Shown here piece after piece: positions 1-9,802 of a stretch of DNA of 25,157 bases. Source of the DNA: a virus. Lineage: Duplodnaviria > Caudoviricetes. The DNA lies in the IMG/VR virus record IMGVR_UViG_3300042336_000077, positions 1 to 25,157 of that record; one strand, given 5' to 3'. A model generated the notes under the pieces. That model saw nothing but the letters and a program-made list of their open reading frames with translations. It had not been told where the DNA came from and searched no databases. Both the position numbers and the translations under genes were made by a program. Each line of letters starts with the position of its first letter. The first letter of the stretch is position 1.

Positions 1-2
1 GT

Positions 3-494
3 ATGCTTATCTCTGAGAGTCACATTGTGTTCTTAGATAGACTAGGCTCATGGAGTAGCTTTGCGTTTCAGCTTAAGGCATACGAGAAAGGCAACATCAC
101 TAGAGAGACATACAATCAAGATGTACCGGGTGCAGTGATAGGTGGAGAATGGGGATATAAAAGTTATGAACAAGGCACAGTGAATATTAACACTGAGGTC
201 ACTAAGCTATATGACTTATCAACAAACTTCATGACAGAAGCTGAGGGAGAATATTTCCAGCAGTTGCTAACATCACCACAAACGTACATTAAGAACGTGC
301 TGTATCACATCACAGAGGATGGTGCTGTACTATTCGATGAGAATGGTTGTGTCATTCACGTACCTGAGAGTACTGAGTATGTGAGCTGCAACGTGACCAC
401 TAACACATTTGAAGTGTTCAAGCAAAGAAATAAGAATCTAATCAAGCAATCTATCCAAGTAAGGATAGGTAACAACGACACTATAAATGGTTAA
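3..494 (+). CDS. Virion structural/tail protein, probably 5'-truncated by the window edge
   Basis: ORF runs from the window edge and overlaps the start of the large tail protein. The 'FLDRLGSWSSFAF...LLTSPQTY' pattern resembles Bacteroidota phage tail proteins; the call rests mainly on context. Confidence 0.55.
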   Translation: MLISESHIVFLDRLGSWSSFAFQLKAYEKGNITRETYNQDVPGAVIGGEWGYKSYEQGTVNINTEVTKLYDLSTNFMTEAEGEYFQQLLTSPQTYIKNVLYHITEDGAVLFDENGCVIHVPESTEYVSCNVTTNTFEVFKQRNKNLIKQSIQVRIGNNDTING

Positions 495-3288
495 GATAGT
501 ACTTTCAAATGGAGTGCTAGATGTTGCTGAGACATTGGCACTACCTATCACATTCAGTATTGGTGACATTAGAGACTTATCCTCACGCAAGGGGACATTT
601 TCAAAGACTGTGACTCTAGCTGGTACTAAGAACAATAATGACCTACTAGGACACTACTATGACGTCAACATACAAGCTGGAACATTCAACATCAACACAC
701 TGACTAAGTGTCAAGTGATACAGAATGGTGTGCCTATCTTAGACGAAGCACTACTACAGTTAGTCTCAGTCAACAAGGTACAGACTAGCACTAGGTATGA
801 GGATGAAGTGAGCTACACTGTACTTATCAAGGATAGTAGAGCTGAGTTCTTTACAGCCATCACAAATGCTAAATTAACTGACTTAGACTTTAGTGACTTA
901 GACCATGTGTTTAGTTCTACAGATATAGTAGCTTCATTCAGTCACACTGTAGCTGATGGCTATAAGTATGTGATGCCATATATTCAGAGCAATGATTTCA
1001 ATGCTAATGACTTCAAGCCAGCCATCTATGCTAAGACTTACTTTGACCGTATATTCGCTGTAGCTGGATTTACATACACTTGGAATGACATAGCAGCAGC
1101 TCACTTTGACAAGTTGTTGATACCGTACAACGGTGATGTTAACAATCAAGATTTCAATGACTTCTTAGTAGAGGCTACAAACACATGGACTACTAGCTAT
1201 GTGCAACCTACTGGACAAAATAATACATTTCAAGAAGCTATTGACTCAGGATGGACTGAGATAATTGACAATCAAAATATCTATGACCCTACAGTAGGTG
1301 AGTATGATACACCATTGAGTACTAACTCTACAGCTGGTGAGCACTATATTTATAATTTAAACATTAGTGGCTCAATAACATTGGATAATACAAGTGGTGG
1401 AACTGCTGTCCTTTTAGAGACTGAAAATTTCACTCCATCATTAGCCTTTAATAGATATCGAGTATTCGCAAGAGTAAGAGTAGCTGGCAGTGGCAATGCT
1501 ATAGTGTATGGGTCTAGTGGATTTATGACTGGTACTCCTAGCAATGTGCTACCAACTGGCATAACTTCTGTAGTGACATTCTCAGATACATTTCTTATGC
1601 CAGTCACTGGGAATGGTGGAGGTGTTAATAGTGGGATTGATGCTGGAGATATTCAAATTCTTGACATAGGTGTTGAGGTTAAAACTTATCCTACAACACA
1701 AGTTAGTCAATACCAACCAGCATATCCAATTAACGGTCTGTGGAGAAATTCAACAGCACCATACGCTACTCCAGTAGATGTCAACGTTATCCTAGACTTG
1801 ACATCAATCAACTTGACAATCTTACCTAGTGCTAACATCCAAGTAACTGGAACGATACTCAACATAAACCAATATGTACCAGTTGAGATTAAACAATCTG
1901 ACTTTGTTAAGTCTATATTGCAAATGTACAATTTGTATGTTGAGCAAGATATCAACAACCAAAACAACCTAATCTTAAGACATCGTGATGAGTACTATGA
2001 CTCGGGAGCTGAGAAAGACTGGAGCAGAAAGCTAGCTAAGGATAAAGACCAGCAATTGATATTCTTACCTGACCTAAGCAATAAGAAGCTCAAGCTCACT
2101 TATGCACCTGATGAGGATGACTTCAATACAATGTACACACAAGCGACAGCAGAGATATACGGTCAGATAGAGTATACTTTTGACAATGAGTATGTTAAGG
2201 ATGTTGCTACACAAGAATTGATATTCTCACCTACACCAGTGTTCTTAACTTCATTTGGAGCTTATGTACCAGGTATTATTGGTCAAGCTCCTAACACTAA
2301 CATTCGCATCTTGTATGATGGCGGTGTTCAGTCATGCCAACCTTATGACATCTTAGACTTTGGCACAACTGGTGAATTTGGATTGACAAGCTATCCAATG
2401 CTAGGTCACTTTGACAATGCATTGACTCCTAGTTTTGATATCAATTTTGGCACTAATGACTTCTATTTCTACGAACCATTGTCGCTGACATCTAACAACC
2501 TTTACAATCTCTACTGGAGACGTACAGTTAATCAAATCAATGTTGGCAAAATGCTAATAGCTTACTTTGACTTAAGAGAGGTAGACATACAGTCACTTAA
2601 GCTCAATGATAAGATATACATAGATAACAGCTGGTGGAACATCAACAAGATACAAGACTATAATGGCAACCAAAGACAGCTGACTAAGGTAGAGCTAATC
2701 AGCATTGACACTGAGATAGACCTTGCACCATTTAAGATAGGCAGAGGACGACCATTTGGCGATGTGATGATAGGTGTCGGAGTAGATAGCTTGTTGACTA
2801 AAGCGACCTTTAACAACAACGTGATACTACCAGGTGCTAATGCTTTAGTATTTGGCAAGGGTAACGTAGTGACAGCTGGCACTAATGGAGTTATAGTAGG
2901 TGATGGTCAGACATTGAGTGAGGATGGTATGGTGGTGAGCAACCTAACTGTGACTGGCACAATGAATGGTGATGTGGTAGTACCTTACAAGAAGTACATA
3001 GCTACAATTAGTCAGACTGGCACAGCAGACCCAACGGTCACAGTACTAGAGAATACGATAGGAGATATAGTGTGGACACGTTTTGCAGTTGGTAATTATG
3101 CTGGTACTTTGGTGGGAGCGTTTCCTGATGCTGATAAAACATACGCAATAGTAGGTCAGAACAATGGTAACTTCTATAACTTAGGATGGAATACAATTGA
3201 TGATTTACTTTTACTATCATCTGACCCAGCCAACATCAGCACTGATGGGTTGCTTAATAACACAACAATTGAAATAAGAACATACTGA
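487..3288 (+). CDS. Large tail tip/hub structural protein (933 aa)
   Basis: N-terminal 'PITFSIGDIRDLSSRKGTFSKTVTLAGTKNNN' is typical of Bacteroidota siphovirus tail-tip proteins. It has a T/G/S-rich beta middle and lies next to the tape measure gene. Confidence 0.65.
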   Translation: MVKIVLSNGVLDVAETLALPITFSIGDIRDLSSRKGTFSKTVTLAGTKNNNDLLGHYYDVNIQAGTFNINTLTKCQVIQNGVPILDEALLQLVSVNKVQTSTRYEDEVSYTVLIKDSRAEFFTAITNAKLTDLDFSDLDHVFSSTDIVASFSHTVADGYKYVMPYIQSNDFNANDFKPAIYAKTYFDRIFAVAGFTYTWNDIAAAHFDKLLIPYNGDVNNQDFNDFLVEATNTWTTSYVQPTGQNNTFQEAIDSGWTEIIDNQNIYDPTVGEYDTPLSTNSTAGEHYIYNLNISGSITLDNTSGGTAVLLETENFTPSLAFNRYRVFARVRVAGSGNAIVYGSSGFMTGTPSNVLPTGITSVVTFSDTFLMPVTGNGGGVNSGIDAGDIQILDIGVEVKTYPTTQVSQYQPAYPINGLWRNSTAPYATPVDVNVILDLTSINLTILPSANIQVTGTILNINQYVPVEIKQSDFVKSILQMYNLYVEQDINNQNNLILRHRDEYYDSGAEKDWSRKLAKDKDQQLIFLPDLSNKKLKLTYAPDEDDFNTMYTQATAEIYGQIEYTFDNEYVKDVATQELIFSPTPVFLTSFGAYVPGIIGQAPNTNIRILYDGGVQSCQPYDILDFGTTGEFGLTSYPMLGHFDNALTPSFDINFGTNDFYFYEPLSLTSNNLYNLYWRRTVNQINVGKMLIAYFDLREVDIQSLKLNDKIYIDNSWWNINKIQDYNGNQRQLTKVELISIDTEIDLAPFKIGRGRPFGDVMIGVGVDSLLTKATFNNNVILPGANALVFGKGNVVTAGTNGVIVGDGQTLSEDGMVVSNLTVTGTMNGDVVVPYKKYIATISQTGTADPTVTVLENTIGDIVWTRFAVGNYAGTLVGAFPDADKTYAIVGQNNGNFYNLGWNTIDDLLLLSSDPANISTDGLLNNTTIEIRTY

Positions 3289-3289
3289 C

Positions 3290-5875
3290 ATGAATGAAGT
3301 AGAGATACCATTAAAGATAACTGGCATAGGTGCTATGAAGGCTGAGCTTAGAGAGCTCAAAGGTGCTATTGCTAACGCTACCGACCCTGAGGCAATGGAG
3401 CAGTTAGCAAGAAGAGCTGGTGAGGTTGCTGATAGGTTAAAGGATGCTAACGAGCAAGTGGCAGTCTTTACAGCTGGATCAAAATTTGAATCAATCAGTA
3501 ATTCATTCGCTGGCATAAGTGGAGATATTGCATCCCTAGACTTTGAAGGAGCTAGTGAGAAAGCTAAGGTATTCGCAAAGAATTTAGGTAGTTTGAATCC
3601 CGCTGACATTAGCAAAGGTTTCAAAGACTTCACATCAGTGTTAGGAATTGTGAGCAAGGCATTTATAAAGCTAGGACTTACTATCCTAATGAATCCTATA
3701 TTTTTAATAGTAGCGGCAGTTGTTGCTATCATTGCTGTAATAGCATTGGTGTTAAAATCATTTGGTGTTCTTGACATTGTGATTAAGGCATTGATGGCTC
3801 CTATCAACATGATTATTGATGGCTTTAAAGCATTGACTGACATGTTAGGATTGACGAGTTATGCAGCAGAAGAGAATGCTGAGGTCGTTAAGAAGACTGA
3901 GGAGTCTAAGAGGGAGCAAATGAATGAAACATTTGCCAATAGAAAGAAAGTAGCTGAGATGACTGCTACAATGAGTAGAGAAGAGATAGCAATGATGGAA
4001 GAGTTGACTGGTGTACAGATTGACACTTCTAAGTCATCATTTGATATTGAGAATCAAAGACTACAGAACAATCAAGAATCACTTGAGGCACAGCTTGACT
4101 CACTACAAGCTATTGAGGATGCTGGTGGGGAGCTTACAGAAGAGCAAATTAAGGATAGAGAGAAGCTCAAAGAAGAGTACAAAAAGAATAATCAAGCAAT
4201 AGAGGAGAACGAGAGAGCTAGAGCTAAGGCTATCATAGAAATCAATCAGAGACAGAATGACTTACTTATCAAGTCACGTATGAGATTGATGACTGATGAG
4301 AATGAAAGAGCTAAGGCACAGTTGAAACTTGACCAGGAGAAAGAGATTAAAGAGCTTAACATCCTGATTAGAAACGCTAAGTTATTAGGTCAGTCAACTA
4401 AGGGATTTGAGGAGGCTAAGGTTAACACTAAGGCATTTTATGCTGGTGAAGCTACTAAGATAGATACTAGAGTTGCAGATGAGACTAAGAAGGCCGCTGA
4501 CAAGGAACGCAAAGAGAATGCTGATAGACAAAAGGCTAACTATGAGAGCTATGTCAAGTCACTTGAGCAAAAGTTGAAAGCTACTAAGGACTCTAATAAG
4601 GTCTTAATCTTAGCTACTGAGGAAGGCACACAAGCTAGAGTCACAGCTGAGGTTAAAGCATTGCAGACTGAAGTTGACTACATGGCTAAGAATGCTAAGG
4701 CTTTTAAACTTACTCAAGACCAGTTGACAATCATTAGGTCTGAGACACTTAAGCAACAAGAGAAACTGCAAGAGGACTTCAATAAGAAGGTAACTGATGC
4801 AACCAATAAGGAGAATCTTGCTAAGGCACAGAATGACTTATTAACAGCTAGCACAGATGCGGCTAAATTTGAGGCTAAGATAAAACTACTAGAAGCTGAA
4901 GCTATGGTAAAGCTACAGAATGAAGAGTTAACAGCTATTGAGATAAAGAACATCAATGACCAGTTAGCAGTTGATTTGGGAGCAGTTGAAAAGGCTAAGA
5001 CTGATTTGGCTTTTGAGAACACTAAGAAGATAATTGATGCTGAAAAATTAAGAGTTGAGACTGCACTCTCATTAGCGGCTTTTGAACTTGAAAGATTCAA
5101 GGGTAACAAAGATGAGGAGATAAGACTTAATAATGAATTCTTGGCTAAACAGTTAGCTGTACTAGATGCACAGAAATTAGCAGAGCTTAACAATTTGAAT
5201 CTATCAGAGACTGAGAAGGAAGCTATTAGAGAGAAATATAGACAAGCTAGAATAGTGGCTGAGGAGACAACAGCAACGAAGATTAAAGACATTGACGATA
5301 AAGCAACCGCTGAGACATTTGCTAACATCAATGCTGGATTTGACACTACTAAAGATGCCCTTAATGCAATCTCTTCAATGCAGTCAGTCAACACTACCAT
5401 GAAGTTAAAGAATGTTAAAAAAGGCAGTAAAGAAGAGGAGAAAATCCTCAAGCAACAATTTGAGCAACAGAAAAAAATGCAACTAGCAATGGCTGCAATG
5501 AATGGAGCTCAAGCTATCTTAGCTATCTTATCAGTTCCTGACTTCACATTAGGTGTAGCATCAGCTATAAGAATAGCTGGGTCTATAGCGGCAACAGTTG
5601 CATCTATAGCGACTATATCATCAACAACATTCCAAGGTGGTGGTAGTGCTCCAAGTCCAAGTGATGGCGGAGGTGGGGGAAATCTAGCATCTAGCACTGG
5701 TCAGATGGCTACTCCTAATTTATTCGGTAGCAACAACAACGCTAACAATATAGGTGGTGAGGGTCAACAACAAGGACAAGGACAGAATATCACAGTCACA
5801 GCTGTAGTTAGTGAGACTGAAATGACAAACGTACAGAATAGAGTTAATCGTATCCAACAAAACGCAGAATTATGA
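3290..5875 (+). CDS. Tail tape measure protein (861 aa)
   Basis: Long A/E/K-rich coiled-coil protein with hydrophobic segments (NPIFLIVAAVVAIIAVIALV; AQAILAILSVP...IAATVASIATI) and a G/S-rich C-terminus, located in the tail cluster. Confidence 0.85.
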   Translation: MNEVEIPLKITGIGAMKAELRELKGAIANATDPEAMEQLARRAGEVADRLKDANEQVAVFTAGSKFESISNSFAGISGDIASLDFEGASEKAKVFAKNLGSLNPADISKGFKDFTSVLGIVSKAFIKLGLTILMNPIFLIVAAVVAIIAVIALVLKSFGVLDIVIKALMAPINMIIDGFKALTDMLGLTSYAAEENAEVVKKTEESKREQMNETFANRKKVAEMTATMSREEIAMMEELTGVQIDTSKSSFDIENQRLQNNQESLEAQLDSLQAIEDAGGELTEEQIKDREKLKEEYKKNNQAIEENERARAKAIIEINQRQNDLLIKSRMRLMTDENERAKAQLKLDQEKEIKELNILIRNAKLLGQSTKGFEEAKVNTKAFYAGEATKIDTRVADETKKAADKERKENADRQKANYESYVKSLEQKLKATKDSNKVLILATEEGTQARVTAEVKALQTEVDYMAKNAKAFKLTQDQLTIIRSETLKQQEKLQEDFNKKVTDATNKENLAKAQNDLLTASTDAAKFEAKIKLLEAEAMVKLQNEELTAIEIKNINDQLAVDLGAVEKAKTDLAFENTKKIIDAEKLRVETALSLAAFELERFKGNKDEEIRLNNEFLAKQLAVLDAQKLAELNNLNLSETEKEAIREKYRQARIVAEETTATKIKDIDDKATAETFANINAGFDTTKDALNAISSMQSVNTTMKLKNVKKGSKEEEKILKQQFEQQKKMQLAMAAMNGAQAILAILSVPDFTLGVASAIRIAGSIAATVASIATISSTTFQGGGSAPSPSDGGGGGNLASSTGQMATPNLFGSNNNANNIGGEGQQQGQGQNITVTAVVSETEMTNVQNRVNRIQQNAEL

Positions 5876-6324
5876 CAAGCTATCAGGCACTAATCAATCA
5901 CATTGAAGCATTCTACAATGACCATCTACAAGTCAAGAAAGTAGGTAGTGACTTCAATGAGCAGTTACCTAACTTTGCTACTAAGGATGAGAGGTATCCT
6001 TTGATATTTATTACTCCAATAGTAGCATCTACTACAATGGATGTGAACACTATCAGCTTAGAGGTGTATTGCTTAGACATCATTCAGAAGGATAGAGCTA
6101 ACATCACTGTTATTCTTTCAGACTGTCATCAGATATTAGTAGATTTAATCAATTACTTTAATTTTAGTAATGATTATTCCTTTGACATAGTAGGCTCACC
6201 ATCACTCACTCCATTGAACAATCAACTACTAGACTATGCGGCTGGCTGGGTCATGAGCTTAGATGTTGACATCAGCAATTGGACAGATTGTCAAGTACCT
6301 CTTATAACTAATTTACCTTCTTAA
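5872..6324 (+). CDS. Putative tail terminator/completion protein (150 aa)
   Basis: Size, 'YPLIFITP...LEVYCLD...LSDCHQILVDL' pattern and ATGA overlap with the tape measure stop. Confidence 0.55.
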   Translation: MTSYQALINHIEAFYNDHLQVKKVGSDFNEQLPNFATKDERYPLIFITPIVASTTMDVNTISLEVYCLDIIQKDRANITVILSDCHQILVDLINYFNFSNDYSFDIVGSPSLTPLNNQLLDYAAGWVMSLDVDISNWTDCQVPLITNLPS

Positions 6325-6334
6325 GACAATATAG
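6305..6334 (+). promoter_or_regulatory. Candidate phage late promoter, copy 1 (TAACTAA-N14-ACAATATAG)
   Basis: ACAATATAG at 6326-6334 ends 2 nt before ATG 6337; the same geometry occurs at 9805 and 12381. Confidence 0.55.
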
Positions 6335-6336
6335 TT

Positions 6337-7767
6337 ATGGTATATCGTAGACAAAAAATTTCACAAATGCCTCCTAAGGGAGCTAACCTTGATGCTACAG
6401 ACTTACTAGAGATAAGTGAAGTTAGTGGCTCAGGATATATCACTAAGTCTATTACTGGTCAAGAGATAATTGATGCGGCTAGTGGTGGTGCATTTGTACC
6501 TTACACTGGAGCAACTGCTAATGTTGACTTAGGCACGTTTCACCTAGATGCTGGTAAAGGTACATTCTCTCACAATGGTAGTACAGACACTCTTACAGCT
6601 AATCACACAAGCGGTAGTGGAATAGGTTTGCTTATCACTAAAGGTGGCAGTAATGAAGGACTTAAAGTCAATAAGACATCAGGTAGTGGTAATGCTGCTA
6701 CAATAATTGGTACATTAGAAGCTACTACATTGGTAAAGACTGGTGGTCTATCTACTCAATTCTTAATGGCTGATGGTACTACAAGTCTTGGTGGCGGAGG
6801 AGGTATAACAGTAGGCACAACAGCTGTAACATCAGGAACTATTGGAAGGATATTCTTTGAAGGAACTGGAAATGTAGTTCAACAATCAGCATCTTTGTTT
6901 TGGGATAATACTAATGCAAGACTTGGAGTAGGTGCAACACCAGCAAGTACAGTTAGACTTGACGTAAGAGCACAAGGTGCATTATCAACTGATATAGCAT
7001 TTAGAGTTAGGAATAGTGCTGATACAGGGAATTTACTTACTTCCTTAGGCTCGGCACAAATAATTTTTGGAACAAGCACAACAACGCCTGATGGACAAAT
7101 TTTAGTAAGACACGATTTTGGTTCTGCTCAACCTATACTAACATTAAGAAATGGGCAATTTGGCAATTTAATTTTTCAAGTACGTGATGAAAGAAATGCT
7201 GGAGCATTATCAACTGGGTCTATTAGGATAAACGGAATAATAAATGGTGGTGAAACTGTTACTACAAAAAGATTTGATTTAGGTGGACATGGTTTAGGTG
7301 CTTCTTATGGAGATAGTGCGTCAAATGCTGTATGGGAAAATAACCAAGGAAATGTTGGTGATGGTCAAGGAACATCTGTAATATCAGTAAGTTCTAATTT
7401 TTACATAAATAGACAAACTGTAAAAGTTTTTAAATTTATACCTAATGTTGGGAATTTTGGTGTCAATGTAATGACTCTTGGAACATCAGCAACAAATACA
7501 ATAGCAATAGCTAACGGAGTTGCACCAACAACTTCACCAGCTAATGCGATACAACTTTATTCAAATGACATAACAGCTGGTAATGCTGCACCACATTTTA
7601 GGACTGAGAATGGAGCAATAGTTAAAGTATATCAAGAAACTACTGGAGTAGGAGCATCTACATTAGCAACTGGTCTTGGCACTCCTTTAACTGATACTGA
7701 TACATTTGATGGGTATACATTGAAACAAGTAGTTAAGGCATTAAGAAATTTAGGTATCTTAGCATAA
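6337..7767 (+). CDS. Tail fibre / receptor-binding protein (476 aa)
   Basis: G/T/S/A-rich protein with modular fibre-type motifs: FVPYTGATANVDLG, VKTGGLSTQFLMADG, LFWDNTNARLGVG, RAQGALSTDIAFRVRNSAD. Confidence 0.75.
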   Translation: MVYRRQKISQMPPKGANLDATDLLEISEVSGSGYITKSITGQEIIDAASGGAFVPYTGATANVDLGTFHLDAGKGTFSHNGSTDTLTANHTSGSGIGLLITKGGSNEGLKVNKTSGSGNAATIIGTLEATTLVKTGGLSTQFLMADGTTSLGGGGGITVGTTAVTSGTIGRIFFEGTGNVVQQSASLFWDNTNARLGVGATPASTVRLDVRAQGALSTDIAFRVRNSADTGNLLTSLGSAQIIFGTSTTTPDGQILVRHDFGSAQPILTLRNGQFGNLIFQVRDERNAGALSTGSIRINGIINGGETVTTKRFDLGGHGLGASYGDSASNAVWENNQGNVGDGQGTSVISVSSNFYINRQTVKVFKFIPNVGNFGVNVMTLGTSATNTIAIANGVAPTTSPANAIQLYSNDITAGNAAPHFRTENGAIVKVYQETTGVGASTLATGLGTPLTDTDTFDGYTLKQVVKALRNLGILA

Positions 7768-7778
7768 AAAAATATATT

Positions 7779-8090
7779 ATGGCAATTTTAATTAAAGCAA
7801 CAGAAGAAAAAAAAATCACAATCTCAGGAACTGACATTGAGTTATCAAGTGTTTATGGTAGAATCCGTTTCTTAGGAGATTATTCAGGAACTACTATTGA
7901 AGGTGAAGTATCTACATTTGCTAACATAGCAACATTTGAAGAAGGTAAAATGCTTTACACTGATGTGCCTATTGGTAACTATAAAGCTAATCTTGAGGAA
8001 GGTGAAGTTCAATCTTTAGAAACAGCTCATAAATATGCTAAGATAGCTTATGAACAACAAGGGTATGAAGTAATAATCGACATGATCTAA
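7779..8090 (+). CDS. Hypothetical protein, possibly a tail fibre-associated chaperone (103 aa)
   Basis: Small acidic ORF directly after the fibre gene, with an A-rich start context; function inferred from position only. Confidence 0.45.
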   Translation: MAILIKATEEKKITISGTDIELSSVYGRIRFLGDYSGTTIEGEVSTFANIATFEEGKMLYTDVPIGNYKANLEEGEVQSLETAHKYAKIAYEQQGYEVIIDMI

Positions 8091-8512
8091 TGGCATATAA
8101 AAACACTGGAGAATTTAACATCCTTTATCCTACAAGACGGAAGGTTGCCAATGTGCTAAAGAAATTAATCTTAGACGAAGGCTTGATTGAGACTAGAACA
8201 CTCTACGAGTCAGTGCGTATCAATGCCAAAGTGAGTACTGAGGGCAACCTTCGCATTCAAATTATAGCCGCTTACTACTTTGGATTCCTAAACAATGGTA
8301 CGACATGGATAGCTCCGTATGACTTAGTGCGTAAATTCAATAAAAGACTTGAGCAAGAGGGACTTATCAATGAAATGTACGGTCAATATGTGGCTAATTT
8401 AGCTAAGAAATTCCCTATCTTAGAACTTGGTGGATTGCTCCGTCAAAAGGTAGTAGTGATTTATGACTTTGAGCCTTTGTTTGGTGAGTTCTTTGACACA
8501 CTAGATTTCTAA
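8090..8512 (+). CDS. HK97 gp10-like neck/tail completion protein (140 aa)
   Basis: 'ETRTLYESV...YYFGFLNNGT' resembles the DTG-L--SI / YA-F-E-GT motifs of gp10-like proteins. Confidence 0.5.
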   Translation: MAYKNTGEFNILYPTRRKVANVLKKLILDEGLIETRTLYESVRINAKVSTEGNLRIQIIAAYYFGFLNNGTTWIAPYDLVRKFNKRLEQEGLINEMYGQYVANLAKKFPILELGGLLRQKVVVIYDFEPLFGEFFDTLDF

Positions 8513-9240
8513 AGACTCAATTCCTTTTTCATAGCTAACATATTGAAGGTCATTATTAAAGGTAGGTTTGTGACATCCTCAAATTTTGTTAAGTCTTCAT
8601 TGCATAGGGAGTAGATTAGTCTTTCCCATCCCCATTTCATTTCACTTTTCTTGAGCTGTAAGTCCTTTGACTCCTGAGAGGTAGTAGGTTTATCCTCTTC
8701 ATCCTCACTATCATTGTCATCATGAAATAGATTGCCATAAGTATTCATAAAGTTCTCCCTAAAAGATATAAACTCAGGTATAATTCCATAGATATGACTA
8801 ATCGGATACTCATCAAATAGCTCAAATCTTTGTCTAGGACTGAAGTCATAAGGTTCAAATACAGTTACACCCCATTGATTGGTAGTCTTTTGCCTATAAA
8901 AGATAGATGCAATGTGACCAATGTGTTGATTATAGTCTTTTGAGAAGTAAAACTCAAGGTCAATATACTCACCAATTGTCAACTTATCTAATGGCTTGAT
9001 GTGGTAGTCATCAATTTGATGCTTGTATTGCTTAGATGGCTCAGAGTTGACGAACTTTATCTGACTAATCATGTCAGTCACCTCTTCAATATCAAGGTCT
9101 TCAAGCTCTTCAGAACTGACATCAGCTAGTATGGCAAGTATCTCTATCTCTCTATTAAAGACCTCAGTAATTGTATACAGCTCTCTAATCTCTTTGAACT
9201 GTAAGACATCAATCTCACTCCACGATTTCGGTAGGTGCAT
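8509..9240 (-). CDS. Putative tail assembly chaperone-like protein, long paralogue (243 aa from ATG 9240)
   Basis: 'LPKSWSEIDVLQF...LDKLTIGEYIDLE...KWGWERLIYSL' pattern. ATG at 9240 is preferred over the non-ATG start at 9273. Similar to the adjacent 9215-9760 ORF. Confidence 0.55.
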   Translation of the reverse strand: MHLPKSWSEIDVLQFKEIRELYTITEVFNREIEILAILADVSSEELEDLDIEEVTDMISQIKFVNSEPSKQYKHQIDDYHIKPLDKLTIGEYIDLEFYFSKDYNQHIGHIASIFYRQKTTNQWGVTVFEPYDFSPRQRFELFDEYPISHIYGIIPEFISFRENFMNTYGNLFHDDNDSEDEEDKPTTSQESKDLQLKKSEMKWGWERLIYSLCNEDLTKFEDVTNLPLIMTFNMLAMKKELSL

Positions 9241-9760
9241 CCTTAGGTATGTGTTTAGATAACTTTTGACCAATCTCCACTAAATAAGGCACAGCTAACT
9301 CAGCTTTTAATTCTCTAATCAACTTAGCTTTTAGCTTGATGTGTGCATCTGAGTAGTGCTCTACTTTGGTCAAGTCAGTACGTTTGAATAGGACTGCTAA
9401 CAACTCTGACAGATAGCCTTTGTGTTTTGAGTTCATTATTTTTTCAATTGACTTAGTGTCCTTAACAGATAGCTTGAACTTATCCTCAAATGCTACATAG
9501 GTATAACCATCAATCTCAAGTGTGCTCACTAGCTCAGGCTTTCCTGATAAGTCATTGAAAGATTTTACTATCTCTTTGAACTCTTCAATCTCAACATCGT
9601 CCCATTTGATTGTGGGCACTCCTAAGAATTCAAACACTTGCAAGTACTTGTCAATAGCATCCAGCTCAGTGTCAGCATGGATTGTTGTAATTGTTTCAAA
9701 TTGTTGTACACTCAACTCGTTCAGTTGGTTAGGTACTTCAATGCCTAATATATTCACCAT
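9215..9760 (-). CDS. Putative tail assembly chaperone-like protein, short paralogue (181 aa)
   Basis: 'VPNQLNELSVQQF...LSELLAVLFK' aligns by eye with the 8509-9240 protein. It has an A-rich start (AAAAATTAAAATCTATG) and its own TAnnTTTG element. Confidence 0.55.
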   Translation of the reverse strand: MVNILGIEVPNQLNELSVQQFETITTIHADTELDAIDKYLQVFEFLGVPTIKWDDVEIEEFKEIVKSFNDLSGKPELVSTLEIDGYTYVAFEDKFKLSVKDTKSIEKIMNSKHKGYLSELLAVLFKRTDLTKVEHYSDAHIKLKAKLIRELKAELAVPYLVEIGQKLSKHIPKDAPTEIVE

Positions 9761-9773
9761 AGATTTTAATTTT

Positions 9774-9802
9774 TAACAAATATAAGAACTTTTACAATAT
9801 AG
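9774..9802 (+). promoter_or_regulatory. Candidate phage late promoter, copy 2 (TAACAAA-N13-ACAATATAG)
   Basis: Lies in the 44-bp divergent gap where rightward transcription is expected to start; ends 2 nt before ATG 9805. Confidence 0.6.
9777..9784 (-). promoter_or_regulatory. Bacteroidota sigma70-type -7 element (TATATTTG) for the inverted gene pair
   Basis: CAAATATA on + reads TATATTTG on -, 16 nt upstream of ATG 9760; no clear -33 TTTG. Confidence 0.55.

Noticed and set aside
5745-5753. Fourth ACAATATAG, inside the tape measure gene
   Set aside because: Lacks the upstream TAAYWAA element and the ATG 2 nt downstream; a chance hit is plausible in AT-rich DNA.
438-7079. Minus-strand and nested ORFs in the track (for example 3217-3843, 4714-5451, 1350-1607, 4011-4202, 6879-7079)
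   Set aside because: Shadow frames of long, well-supported plus-strand genes, with no motifs or start signals.
9215-9273. Programmed frameshift fusing the two minus-strand genes
   Set aside because: No slippery heptamer is visible in the overlap; the downstream gene has its own ATG and repeats the same domain.
9071-9776. Plus-strand ORFs 9071-9262 and 9522-9776
   Set aside because: Ser-rich antisense shadows of the minus-strand genes.
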